Shown piece by piece: positions 1-12,474 of a stretch of DNA of 64,000 nt (positions are counted from its first letter, which is position 1; every line of letters starts with the position of its first letter). The notes under the pieces are model-generated. The model did not search any database and was not told the DNA's origin. It was given only the letters and a program-made list of their open reading frames with translations. The stretch lies in the NCBI RefSeq assembly GCF_011745625.1, contig NW_027191471.1, positions 186,001-250,000 of the forward strand, in the 5' to 3' direction. The translations under genes were made by a program, and so were the position numbers. This stretch comes from Cladosporium halotolerans (lineage: Eukaryota).

Positions 1-39
1 CGAGCTTTCATCTTTGTCGAACGGTGGGTATTCAATTAC

Positions 40-89
40 GTTAGGGTCAGGATTACCCTCTTAAGTGAAGCGAGGGTTAGGGTTAGGGT
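40..89 (+). repeat. Short interstitial telomere-like TTAGGG repeats (possible Tbf1/Tay1-type binding sites)
   Basis: AGGGTTAGGGTTAGGGT at 73-89 plus GTTAGGGT at 40-47, upstream of the first gene. Confidence 0.6.
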
Positions 90-376
90 GAGCCTTGCTC
101 CCTCGCACCCCGCATCAACACCAAGAGTCGGCGGCTGTTTCGGCCATGTCAGGCGATGTGAAGCCTCGGTAGCTCGGATGCTGATGTTGTCCCAAGATGT
201 ACGATACCTAGGTAGATTCTTAATTGATATCGATGGAGTCTTGACTTTGGCCATGACGGCTGCAAACACGGGAAGACCTCTCTCTACTTTGACATCGTCT
301 TATTAAACCAAGGTAGCTCTCATTCTAGAGCGAAGACTGAGGATCTTCGGAACCGAGCTCAGCTCATGTTAGCATA

Positions 377-2308
377 ATGGCGGATGCACCAGTCTCGTCG
401 TCGTCGACGACGGGCTTCTTCCAGGCTTTGCCTAAGATCCTGCCGCAATATACATGCCTACATCTTGCTTCTGACCAGAATGAAGCCGTCGATGATAAAG
501 TCCTGACCAGACTTGTCAGGCAATACTTGCCCGCAGATGGTCAGAAAGCTGTCGGCAAGTCGATGCATGACATGTCTCGCACTGTCCTCGAGCGCAGCGT
601 CCTGGCTCACGCTGTCGAGGCAGAGACCTCGACGCCTTATTTGCGTCCCCTGACTACCTTTGGCGAGGTCAACGACAACGACCCTTTGGTCACTTGCGAA
701 GGCTGGAAAGCCCTGAAAGCAGTCGGCATACGAGCTGGCGTTGTCAAAACGGCCTACGATGAATCCGTCACGTCTCACAACCGCCGCCTGCATCAGTTCC
801 TCCTCAACCATACATGGCACCACACTTCGACTTTGACCATGTGTCCGATGACAATGACCGACGGAGCCGCGACTCTGCTCGCCAAGCACTGGAGCGAGGC
901 CGACGGCGACCAACCTGGGCGGCAAGCAGTCCTCAAAGAATACTACCGCCGGCTCACAAGTGACGATCCCGGCCAGGCATGGACCAGCGGCCAATGGATG
1001 ACCGAGAGATCAGGCGGCAGCGACGTCCGGGGCACCGAAACCGTCGCTGCCAGAATCACTCACAGCGCCAGCCGGCAGGGCCAGGACGTCCTGGGCCAGC
1101 CCCTCGGTCCTTGGTCCATCGACGGCTTCAAATGGTTCAGCAGCGCCACCGACTCCGACATGGCCGTGATGCTCGCGCAGACGACGAGAGGCCTCAGCGC
1201 CTTCGTCGTGCCGATGCGCCGCGAGACAGCGACCGGCTCGCAGCTCAACGGCATCCGCATCCAGCGTCTGAAGAACAAAATGGGGACCAAAGGCTTGCCG
1301 ACGGCTGAGCTCGAGCTCAAAGGCGCGCGGGGCTGGCTGCTGGGCGAGGAAGGGAAGGGTGTGCGGGAGATCTCAACGATCCTGAATATCACGCGCCTGC
1401 ACACTGCAGCCGGGAATGTATCGTCCTGGTCTCGCGGCCTGGCGGTCAGTAGGGCTTACACGATTGCCCGGAAGGCTCGTGGGGCCTACTTGTCTGAGAA
1501 CCTGCAGCATAACTACTGGATGGCTGCGGAGACGGTCAAGTACTGGGCTGCGACGTCTCTTACGTTCTTCGGGGCGGCTCTGCTGGGTTGCGCCGAGCAG
1601 GGCATTAGCATTATGAAAGATACTCCAAGCTCCGCGTTGGTTTCTGACATCGAGACGACGAGGCACTTGCTCAGACTGCTTACGCCCGTCATCAAAGCGC
1701 AGGTCAGCATGGCGGGTGTTGCTGGCCTGCGCGCGAACATGGAGAGCCTCGGCGGGGTCGGCTACTGCGAGAACCACGAGGACGGCGGGATCTTGAACCT
1801 TGCGAAGCTCTTTAGAGACTCGGTCGTGGCGACCATTTGGGAGGGTACTGTCAGCGTCATGGCGGATGATGTTGGCCGGGTGCTGAGTGACAAGCGGATC
1901 GCGGAAGGTCGGATCGTGGAAGATGTTTTCGCGACGTGGGTGAAGAAGATCTTGGAGCCGTGTCACAAGCGCTTTCCCAGGGAGTGTGCTGCCGTCGAGG
2001 GGAGATTAGACGCTCTCGTGGAATTGGTCTCGCGCGTCAAGTCTAAACCAGCGCAGCTTCAATATAGCGGACGGTGGCTTTTGGAACATCTTGAGGTCAT
2101 CACGGCCGGAACACTATTACTGCATGATGCCAACACGGACAAGGATAAGGTCGCTTCTCATGTCGCTGTCAGATATGTTTCGACCAAGGTTGCTAAAGAG
2201 GATCGCCGGAAACGAGGCGACGTTGACTGGGAGGCCGAGGCTGTCATCGACCGCAAGATCTTTCTAGGTGCGGGTTTAGTGTCCAAGGCTGAAGCGGCGA
2301 GGCTGTAG
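377..2308 (+). CDS. Acyl-CoA dehydrogenase family protein (AidB-like), probably peroxisomal
   Basis: 643-aa intronless ORF; motifs TSGQWMTERSGGSDV, GFKWFSSA, RLKNKMGT, IWEGT; C-terminal ARL is a PTS1 variant. Confidence 0.9.
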   Translation: MADAPVSSSSTTGFFQALPKILPQYTCLHLASDQNEAVDDKVLTRLVRQYLPADGQKAVGKSMHDMSRTVLERSVLAHAVEAETSTPYLRPLTTFGEVNDNDPLVTCEGWKALKAVGIRAGVVKTAYDESVTSHNRRLHQFLLNHTWHHTSTLTMCPMTMTDGAATLLAKHWSEADGDQPGRQAVLKEYYRRLTSDDPGQAWTSGQWMTERSGGSDVRGTETVAARITHSASRQGQDVLGQPLGPWSIDGFKWFSSATDSDMAVMLAQTTRGLSAFVVPMRRETATGSQLNGIRIQRLKNKMGTKGLPTAELELKGARGWLLGEEGKGVREISTILNITRLHTAAGNVSSWSRGLAVSRAYTIARKARGAYLSENLQHNYWMAAETVKYWAATSLTFFGAALLGCAEQGISIMKDTPSSALVSDIETTRHLLRLLTPVIKAQVSMAGVAGLRANMESLGGVGYCENHEDGGILNLAKLFRDSVVATIWEGTVSVMADDVGRVLSDKRIAEGRIVEDVFATWVKKILEPCHKRFPRECAAVEGRLDALVELVSRVKSKPAQLQYSGRWLLEHLEVITAGTLLLHDANTDKDKVASHVAVRYVSTKVAKEDRRKRGDVDWEAEAVIDRKIFLGAGLVSKAEAARL

Positions 2309-2825
2309 GAATGAAAGGCACCAATCGGAAGATTGTTCGGAGAGTAAGACTCGAAAATAGCCCTTAATCTTCAGCGCACATTTAAAGGATGAGATGGCGT
2401 AGCTGAGGTCCGTTCCACAGATACGCATAGCCGTGCGCAGCGGTACGTAGTGAGGAAGCTGATGGATCGTTTATGCCATACTGACATCGGCGCATCAATT
2501 TCATTCTGGAGGTGAGGATAGACGATCACTGGAACAGATCTAGACTCAGAACCGTTGGTGAATCTCTCGGATCTACTCCATCGCCCTTCCGAGCCGGCGC
2601 CACGGGCCAAGTCACGTCATCTTCAGCTGGCGATTCAGCTGCGCCCCCACGTGCTGCCGTCTCGCCGTCACCGTCCCTGAGCTTCAACACACCGGCGTGT
2701 CCGGCCAGCCGAGCCGCCGCATTCGTAAGAGAGGTCTGTTCGTGTAGGAGCATGTAGGTGGTCACGCTTCCTCCTGCCCTCTCTCTGTCTTTCCCTTTTC
2801 CATCCGACATTTCCACCACAGCACC

Positions 2826-5164
2826 ATGAAACGTATGGGAGGATGGCTGAGTGCCAAAACGCCGCTTCCAGGCAACATCTCGAGCAAGTCATTGACAGCG
2901 CTCGATGAGCCGCATGCATGTAGGGCGACGTGGAGAGCCTCGATTTGCTGCTCGGCTGACCACGTGCTTAGTACGAGAGGCATTAGCTGCGGCAGCACAT
3001 ATCATGAATGGTAAGACAGACACACGCAACTACTCGCAAACAGCTGTTCACGCCTCGTAGATGATGTCGACCTCGCCGAAGCAGAACTCAGCAAGGGCAC
3101 TTCACCATTCCACAAGGTACGCCCTATAGCGAAACCCGGGTCACTCGGCCGTCCCCAGCTGATCGCAACGCAAAGTAGCTCGGCCGCGCAACCACGACAT
3201 TCCTCCGAGCAACTTTGGGCTTTGAGAAAGAAGTGATCGAACAGGCCAACATCCGGCTAGCAGAAGCCGAGGAAAGTGCTCTCGAGCACCAGAAGCGAGC
3301 CCTCCGCGATCCGTCAACCGCCCGCCAGAGCGCGATCTACCCTATCGGATCCGAATATGCCCTCTGCCATGCCGAAACGCAGCTCATGAGCGCCGTGGTA
3401 GCTGTGCTGAACGAAAGCTTGACGGAGAGTCTTCGGGGATTCTACAAGCTGCGGAAAGCGTTCCAGACGCTGTATGAGATAAGCGAGGCGGAGAGGAGAT
3501 ATCTGGAGACGAAGGGCGTATCTGGATCTGCGGGCAGGTCGAAGACTTCCGTGGCGACCTTGGGTACGGGTACGACGCTCGCCGCTTCGGAGTCGCAGAG
3601 TTCGGGTGTGCTCACGCCTACGGATTCTGGGAAGCGAAACGATGGAGATGATGATGACAGCGATCTTGAGTTTGAAGATGCAAGAGAAGGTAACTCGGAT
3701 CTGCCGACACCGCAGGAATATCAGGGACATCTTGAGAGCCTGGATTTCTCAAAAATGGACATCAAGGGTGAACCGTCTGGTCATTCCGATAACAAGTCAT
3801 CGGATTCCAACCATACTGAAGGCGTCAACGTACCTTCGACAGGAGCTGCAGCACAAGCGGAAAACGACATTGACTTCCGCGACGTCACGAGTGACGAGAT
3901 CGATCTCTTCATCCACTCTGGAACAGCTCTATGCTACGGGCTCCTGCAGCTCATGCTTTCCATGATACCGCCAACATTCGCGAAACTCCTCTCCCTGTTC
4001 TCCTTCAAGGGCGACCGAACCAATGGCCTCCGCCTCCTCTGGAGCGCAACCCGATTCAAGACGAACATCAACGGAGCATTGGCCTCCCTCATCACCCTCG
4101 GCTTCCACAACGGCGCCATCGCCTTCTGCGACATCCTCTCGATTGACGCCCTCCCCCGCCAGCGCCTCAGCGGCCTACTCAAAGAAATGCGCCAAATGTA
4201 CCCCAAGTCCAAACTCTGGCTCCTCGAAGAAGCCCGTGAGCTCAGCGCCGACCATCAGCTCCAAAAAGCCGTCGACATCACCGCACCCTCCTCCTCGCCC
4301 TCGCCCCTCAAACAAGTCGAAGCCCTCCGCACCTTCGAGCGCAGCCTCAACCTCATGTACCTGCACCGCTACGCCGACTGCGCCGCCAGCTTCCTCAAGT
4401 GCATCGAGCTCAACAACTGGTCCCACGCCCTCTACTACTACATCGCCGGCTGCTGCCACGTCGAGCTCTACCGCCAGGCCTGCGCCTCCTCAGACCCAGA
4501 CACCAAGAGCGCAGCCGCCACGCACGCCGCGCGCGCCACAGACCTCCTCAACACCGTCCCCGCGCACACGGGCAAGAAGCGCTTCATGGCCCGCCAGCTG
4601 CCCTTCGACGTCTTCATCTCGCGCAAGCTCGCGAAGTGGACCGCCCGCGCCGCCGCGCGCTCCTGCGACCTCATCGACGCCGTCGGCCCTTCCCCGCTCG
4701 AGGAGATGATCTACTTCTGGTCCGGCTACCGCCGCATGGCGGCGGCGCAGCTGCGCGACTCGCTGGCCGCGCTCGCGCGGTCGCCTCCGAACCCCGCGCC
4801 CGAAGTCGCCGCCGACGACCAGGCCGTCACAGCCCTCCTCACGGGCACGATCTCGCGCTTCCTAGGCGACCTGCCCGGCGCGAAGAAGCAGCTGACGTCC
4901 GCTCCGTTGTCCACGACGCCCGCGGCGCTGCGGACGGCGGCCGGCGCGCAGGCGGACACGTGGCCGGTGCCGGTTGCGCACTACGAGCTGGCGGTGGTGT
5001 ACTGGGAAGAAGCGGGACGGGAGAAAGGGGACCGGGAGGTGCTGAGGAAGTGCAGCGAGGAGCTGAGGGCGGTGGAGGGCGCGGAGGCGTTCGATCTGGA
5101 CGCGAGGGTGGGGTTGAAGGTTACTACTGCGCGGGAGACGTTGAGGGGGTGTGGGGTTTCGTAG
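2826..5164 (+). CDS. IML2: Iml2/TTC39 family TPR-like protein; 3 short 5' introns
   Basis: Spliced N-terminus (introns about 2920-2971, 3011-3060, 3117-3178) reads ...[42 protein letters not shown] into ORF 3215-5164; NNWSHALYYY, KRFMARQLPFD and SPLEEMIYFW motifs. Confidence 0.85.
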
Positions 5165-5617
5165 ATGGGATGGATGTGGAATGTGGAAGAGGAGGGGTTT
5201 ATACAGGATAGAGAATACATGTTGCATTGGTGCGATTTTCAAATGGGTCTTTCTCATTTTTGAGTATTGAGTGTTTGTTGTATTCGCCGTCTGCCTGGTT
5301 TCAGACGACGCCGTGTTGGTTTTTTCTGTCCTGACATGCTCGCTGACTTCCCTCTCCTGAGCTTTCTGCTCGTTTCGCCCGGCACACTTTCATCGATCCT
5401 CGCTAAGACACTAAGAATAGCACAGGGTATTAGAAAACTTCGCAAAGCTCCCGTCCCAAAAGAAAAAGAAACAAGAAGAAAAAAAGGCGCCCAAAACGCC
5501 ACGCCCCGGCTCTCAAGAGCCCGAAGACCAACTGAAAGAAGAAGACGAGGTACGGAGTAAGTGGGTATAGGTCTCCGTCCGCAACGACTCCTCGATTCCG
5601 CCCCCAGTGTCAACAGC

Positions 5618-6591
5618 TCAACCCTTAAACCTCACCTCTCTCTTCCCGTTCAAATCCTCGCCCTCCCGCACCTCCACTTTCCGCACTTCCATCACGCGCT
5701 TCCCGCCCAGCTCGTGGAGCTTCGCGGCCAATTTGTCCTCTGCGTCTAGAGCTGCGACGTCGTCGCCGCCGCCGATGGATTTGCCGTTGACGAGGATGTT
5801 GGGGACTGTTCTGCGGCCGGTGGATTTCTGGAGAGCGGCTTGTAAGCCGGCGCCGAGGGGGTGTTGGTCGAGCTCGACGACGTAGGGAGGCGGGGTTATT
5901 GTGTATTGGGAGAGGAGGATTGACTGTGGGAGTAGTGTTAGTTGAAAGTTTGATCGGGTGTATGGTGGGAGCGGCTTACCTTCGCCTTCTTCGAGAAAGG
6001 ACAGTACGATTTCGAGAAGATGATAATCGGCCCTTTCTTGAGAATCGTGTTCATCTCGACCTCAATCTCATGGTCCGACTCGCTCTCCTCCTCCTCCACC
6101 TCACTGTGCTTGCTGTTCTTCTTCGCCGCACTGCTCTCCCGCGCCTTCGAGGCGCCCGTGTTCCCCACGTGCGCAACACCGTCATCCTCCGCGTTCGGGT
6201 TCAGCACCTTCTTGCCTCCGTTCGCATTGCTGCCAGCCTCCGAAGGCATCATCTTCCTGCCGGCGACGGGCTTGCCTTCCGCGGGCGCTTCCTTCTCCTT
6301 CTCCTTTTCGCTACCGCTCGCGTCGTCGACGATCGGCTTCTGCTTCGCCGCGTCGCCCATGGCCTTCTCGTGCTCCTCTTGGATCCGAGCGACGCGGTCG
6401 GCGCGGCTCTTCTCTTCCGCTATCAGTGCTTCGCGGGCTTCGGTGTCATGGCGGTTTTGGATCGCGGCGACGGTGCGGGTGTAGAATTGCGAGTTGTGCG
6501 TGCTCGCGGGGCCGTGGGTGATGTAGAGGATTGTGAGGGTGGCCAGGACGGCGAGGAGGAGGGCCGTTTTGAGGCGGCGCGTGGGCGGCAT
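5618..6591 (-). CDS. Membrane-anchored monothiol glutaredoxin (Grx6/7-like); 1 intron
   Basis: N-terminal hydrophobic anchor; IIFSKSYCPFSKKAK active site; intron about 5924-5979; exon 2 has TGRRTVPNILVNGKSIGGGDD; stop at 5618-5620. Confidence 0.88.
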
Positions 6592-7507
6592 TGTGATATG
6601 GTGGTGTGAGGTTGACGGAGGCGAGGGTTGGTCGGCTGGTTGTTGCTCGCGGCGCACCAGCTCCGGGCGAGCTATATAGAGGGGTTCGAAAGTCGCGTTG
6701 GAGTGTGCTTCTGATCCTCGACCGGGATCTATTTTCAGGCGCCGCGTGAAGGGGATCGCCGCAAGATAAAAGCGGTATGCGGGTCCGGGTGAAACGGCTA
6801 GGGAAGCAAGAGGTCGCTAAGCGCCGAGCTGCCAGCACTGCCGCGGTCGACGGTCGCACGCTCGCCTGGATGTCGTGTCGTCGTTGCAGTGCGACGGGCG
6901 GGATCAGAGTGGGAGGCAGAGGCGAGGAGTGCAGCAGGGTGAGCAGATGCAGTCGCTGTCGAGCAGGATCGGCGCGCGCACATGACCTGTCGCGGGCGCT
7001 GACACTAGGAGATGGAGGCGCGGACGGCGTGGGAGCAGTTGGCGGAGAGCGGCGGCCAGACGTCACCCTGGCGTGGCCCGAGTCAGCCTGGCTTTGCCCT
7101 TCCCCGCACCCTTCCCTGCCTCGGTGGGCCGCCCGCGCGCGCTAGGAGCATAAGGTCGCTTGTACCTGCGTCGCCTGCTTGGGCCGAGCGAGAAGGTGAG
7201 CGGCAAGCACGGCAGCCATATTGCGGCGCGCGAAGGGGGGCTTGGGCGTGCTGCATATGGAACCAACGATATCGTGCATTGAGCCGCAGCCAAGGAATGC
7301 GGCGTCTGTCTTGCCCCTCACACGCGAGCGGCGGTCAACCGTGGCTGTTTCTTGGCCGAGGTGTCTTTTTCGGTCACATGACTACCTACGCTCGACGTTG
7401 GTGTTTGCCTCAGGCAATCATGCCCCGCGACGATCAACTGAAAGCCATATCGTCAAAAAATCTAGGCCTTGGATTACGATAGCACCTTTAGGCTCAGCAA
7501 ACCCACA

Positions 7508-7853
7508 ATGTCCTCCTCCGAAGCAGGTGAGCACCTCCTCTCCGCCGATCAAATGCTCCCGCCCTGACATCGACATCTTCCCAGGCCCAGCGCCGGCCCT
7601 CCCGACCTGCGCCAAATGCTCCAAGCCTGAATCCAACGAGGACGAGCCCGTCCTCAAGCCCTGCATCTCATGCAAGAGCGTACAGTACTGCTCACGCGAC
7701 TGCAAAAAAGCGGACACCAAGGCGCACAAGAAAGTCTGCGCTTCCCTGGCGCAGGAGTACATGAAGACCGCGGATATCAAGATGGCTTCCAAGCAGGCGC
7801 CGACGAAGGATGCGCATAGAGGAGGGCTGCAGAAGTGGCAGTTCGACACTTGA
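7508..7853 (+). CDS. Small MYND-type zinc finger protein; 1 intron
   Basis: ATG 7508, intron GTGAGC...CCAG about 7527-7584; CAKC...CISC...YCSRDCKKADTKAHKKVC pattern. Confidence 0.8.
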
Positions 7854-8188
7854 AAGGGAGGCGGTGTGAACAGAAACATCATCATCAGGGAGATGACGAG
7901 TGGAGTCTGTATTGCTAGGAGGCACGACTCCGCCAAGATAAGGAAGAAGACATTTCTTCATGGCCAACCGTTGCGAAGAAAGCCAGCCACAGTCGAAGGA
8001 CCACGAAAGAGTCACGTTCACGAAGGAGAAGAAGGCCAGACAGTACAGGCCATTGCGGAGAACTACGGATCCCCTACGTGCAGCATCCAATACACAATCC
8101 GAACGTCGACCTTGCTATCTCGTGTTATCCGAGACAGATCTATCATTTTCTACCATATCTCATCTACAAACGCTTCCTTCCACATCAA

Positions 8189-9957
8189 TCACTCCCCCTC
8201 CCTCCTCGCCAAATTCCCCAACCCCGTCTTCGTCTCCGTATGCTCCGTCGCCAACCTACGCTGCCTAACAAACGCGCTCGCGACCAGCGCAACACCGGCA
8301 AAAACCGCATACATAATGAAGATATTCCTCAGACTCCACGCGAACGCCTCCTGCACCGCCATGCGCTTCGTTGCATCGTCAATCTCATGCGAGATCTCGA
8401 CGTTCGCCGCCGCGCGGTCGCCGGACAGGGCCTCGAGGACGGTGGAGTTGAGGCCCGCGGCGGCGAGAGCGGATTGCTGCGCGGACATGCTGTTTTTGAA
8501 GACGACGCCGCCGAGCACGATGGAGATTGCTGTCGCGAGGCCGTTGAGAAAGCCCAGGGACGCGGTCGCGGAGGCGACGGCGGCTTGCGGCACGGAGGCC
8601 TGGATTGCGAGCATGGGGGTTTGGAAGAGGAGGGCGGTGCCCGCGCCGCCGATCATTTGGAAGCCGATGATGTGGCCTAGAGGCGTCGTGGGGCGGAAGG
8701 TGGTGTAGAGGCTTGTGCCGATTGTTAGCAGGGCGGCGCCGACGCGGAGGGGCTCGATGTAGCGGCCATAGCGGTTGATAAAGAAGCCGGTCGAGATGTC
8801 GACGGTGGAGTCCGTGAGCATGAGGGGCAGGAGGAGGAGGCCGGAGCGGAGGGGCGAGGCGCCGAGGGCGGATTGGAAGAAGAGCGGGAGGTGGAATTCG
8901 ATGCCGATGTTGACTGTGTTGTGCGCGAAGGCGAGGAGGAAGGCGGCGGCGTTGGAGCGGCTGGTGAAGACGTCGAGGGGCATGAGGGGGTAGGTTGCGA
9001 GGCGCTTTTCGCTGAAGATGAAGGCGGCGATCACGAGGGTGCCGACTACGATGAGGGCGATGACTTGCGCGCTGTCCCAGGCGAAGGCACCGCCGCCGAA
9101 GTTGAGGCCGAGGAGGAGCAAGACAGTGACGGCGAGCATGGTGGCAGTGCCGTACCAGTCGATGGCTTTCATACCGTCGCGCATGGTGGTCCGCGGGTTG
9201 TGCACGTCCAGGAGCAGCACAAGCAGGGCAAAAGATACTCCGCAGATGGGGAGGTTGATCCAGAAGCACCATCTCCAGGTAAGCTTTTCAGAGAAGACAC
9301 CTCCAAGGAGCGGACCAGTGGATCCAGCGATGCCCCAGATGGCACCCATGCAGCCGTAGTAGAGTGCACGCTTGCGAGGGCTGAACAAGTCGGAGACAGT
9401 GACTACGACGAGCTGGAAGAGACCGCCGGCGGCGGTTCCCTGAATAGCTCGCGCGGCGATGAGCGTAGGCATGTTCGTGCTCAACGCGGCCATGATGCTA
9501 GAAACGGCGAAGAGGAAGACAGAGCCCAAGAGAGCTGGTTTGCGACCCCAAATATCGCTAGTCTTGGTCCAGATGGGGCCTGCGGCCGCTCTGGCTAGCA
9601 AGTACGCGCCACCGATCCATGTATATCCGGATGCAGACTTCAAGTCGGATGCTATGGTGGGGATTGCAGTGCTATTTGCCGATTAGTATGTGTGTGTCCT
9701 GCTCAACACAATGGGCCATCCTACGCTATGATTGTCTGGTCAAGAGCCGCAAGAAATAGCACAAGGTAAAGGGCAAGAACGATGGCGTAGGTACGCAGTT
9801 TAGTGCGAACAGTGGCGTCTTCCTCATCTAGGTGTAGTGGCTCGATGGCATTTGGGTGCTCTTTGATAGCATCACTGCATTTAGTCGATGAGTCCTTGCT
9901 GGGAGTGGTTGCGGTAGCGATGTCGCCAATGGGCGCGATGGCAATTTGATCTGTCAT
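8189..9957 (-). CDS. MFS drug:H+ antiporter (DHA2, 14-TMS); 1 intron
   Basis: Exon 1 has LVLFLAALDQTIIA; intron about 9673-9724; exon 2 has SDIWGRKP, GPLLGGVF, WRWCFWINLP. Confidence 0.9.
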
Positions 9958-10962
9958 AGCTCTTTGGCCTTGTCTATGGTAACAATTATCAGCTTGAGTT
10001 GGTGCGATTACATGTTGCGGTTAAGCAGTAGGGCCTGAATGTCTATATATGAAGTAGTCTAATACTCACTGTTATGATTCCGGACACCGCGCCTTTGAGT
10101 CACGCCCTGCGGCTGAGAGCGACAGGTACAGTAAGCGAGATGCCGTTTCCGTACCGCCAAGTGTAGATCTATGGTTAGAATGTAAGGTATATTAAATATC
10201 TGATGAGCCTAACAAGACGAGCTGGCGGGTACTGACTCAAATCGAGACTTCCCTGGGAATGCCAAGCTGCTCATGGAAATGTTCGTGCATATTCTCTTGC
10301 TATTGGCAAGCTCATCTAGGTAGCACGTAGCTGTATATAGTGCTTGATAGTTTCGCCCGGTCTATTACGGAAGGGCTGTGGAAAGTAGAAGCGGACGGAG
10401 TCGATGAGCCTGATGCCATCTTCAAGGATGCGGATACCGAGGAGGGGAGTGAACGATATAATAGGTTGTATGTGTGATGGACTTGTACATGGTCGCTATC
10501 GGTGATCGATAAATCCACGTTTCACAAGCGGTCGCAGCGATCTCGCTATTCAGCAATTTCAACTTCTGAAAGCCATGCGAACACAAAGATATGAAAATAG
10601 AATATTGTTGTGAAAAACAACAGCTCAGACCTCGACAAGGATGGCGTTGGGCGCTGAGATGAATCCAGCGCGTTCGTGTTCCATGTCCCGGCAAAAACGC
10701 GAGAACTCTCTGCCGGACTTTCTGTTGTTGCTGAGCCGAAGAACCTCGGCATCTTCAACACCGACCTTCCGCCATGAGCCAGCGCCACAGAGAGAAGGCC
10801 AGCACCAGGCTGAGATCATAGGCTGTCGCTCTTGAGCACTCATAGAAAGACACTCATACTTATTTTGTTTCACAACATATATGCGGCGGTCGTTAGAATT
10901 CTGGTCATCAGTACCCATAAATCGAATCCGGAACGCGCCCCTGGTCACAAGCTCGCGCAAGC

Positions 10963-12405
10963 ATGTCTTCATTCAGGATACACGAACATGCGCTCGGTAC
11001 AACACACATCCGAGAGTATCCTGGTGCTCTCGCAGATGAAGAAGATGACGACCTGAAGCTGGCCATCAAGCAATATGTGCCTTATGACAATCCCACCCCG
11101 AAGCCTGGCGACGTAACCATTATTGGTGGCCATGCCAATGGCTTTCCCAAGGTACGGTGGCATCAAAGGTCTCCATATCGCATTTTCTGAACTGTGTAGG
11201 AACTGTATGAGCCGCTGTGGGAAGAACTATATCAGAAGCTCAAGGCAAAGGGTGTCGCTATCCGCAGCATCTGGATAGCCGATGTCGCACACCAAGGTCA
11301 GAGCGGAGTAATGAATGAGAAGAAACTCGGCGGCGATCGTATGCTGTCCATTCGCCCTTTCATTGGCAAAGAACACCTTCTGACAGAATTCACAGCATCC
11401 TGGAATGACCATCCGCGTGATCTTTTTCTCATGATCAACCACTTCAGAGCTCAGATCAAACAGCCAATCGTCGGCATAGGACATAGCATGGGTGGCTGCC
11501 ATCTGGTCAACCTATCACTGATGCACCCACGCCTGTTCACAACGCTTGTACTCATGGATCCTGTCATTCAGCGCCTACCCAACCGACAAGGAAACTTCGG
11601 TCCAGCCAAAGCTTCTACCGTCCGTAGAGACATTTGGCCCAGCCGCAAAGCCGCGGAAGCGTCCTTCAAGCGCTCGAAATTCTACCAGACCTGGGATCCT
11701 CGAGTACTAGACTTGTGGATCAAATACGGCCTCCGCGATCTGCCCACCTTGCTACATCCTACCGCCACCGCAGCTTCTGGAACCCTACCAGCTCCCAACG
11801 CAGATCCAAGTTCGGCTACTGTTCCTCCAGAGAAGGGAACCGAGACTCAAGTCACATTGACGACGACAAAACACCAAGAAGTCTTCACGTTCATGCGGCC
11901 GAACTTCCCCAGTGCCACCAGCCCAGATCCCGAAACGAACCCCAATCCCGTGACAAATCCGGACGTGGACCTCGAAGCTGGACCCAATACACCTTTCTAC
12001 CGCCCGGAACCAATCGCAACGTTCCGTCAGCTTCCTCATCTGAGACCAAGCGTGCTTTACGTCTTTGGCGATCAGTCGGCGCTCTCTGCACCGCTACTTA
12101 AAGCGGACAAAATGGCTCAAACAGGCACTGGAGCCGGTGGCTCTGGTGGTGTGAAGAAGGATCGCGTGCGCGAGGTGACGTTCGAGGGCGTTGGTCACTT
12201 GATCCCCATGGAGGTTGTCGAGAAGACGGCAGATGCGGCCCAAGAGTGGCTGACTCTTGAGTTGTCAAACTGGAAGAGCAGAGACGCGGAACAGCGATTA
12301 CAGTGGGCTCACATTCCCAGGGAGGAGAGGGGCAGGATGAGCGAGGAGTTTATCAAGGTGATGAAGAGCGACTGGATGAATGCACCGGAAAAGTCGAAGC
12401 TTTGA
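10963..12405 (+). CDS. Alpha/beta hydrolase (Lpx1-like), peroxisomal; 2 introns
   Basis: HANGFPK-ELYEP, GHSMGG nucleophile elbow, GHLIPME; introns about 11152-11199 and 11339-11395; C-terminal SKL. Confidence 0.88.
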
Positions 12406-12474
12406 AGGTTGATGTCGTTCATGTATGCGCGCCTTGTATCTGTATATTCTTCGCCGACTGCCCCTTCGAGCCCC

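Noticed and set aside
2371..2819. Short minus-strand ORFs between the dehydrogenase and IML2
   Set aside because: They overlap the IML2 promoter/5' UTR and have no recognisable domain
4023..5211. Long alternative-frame and antisense ORFs over GC-rich genes (also 7866-8708, 23232-24074, 41317-42273, 62350-63318)
   Set aside because: Shadows of high GC3 codon bias in real genes; low-complexity R/P/S products with no motifs
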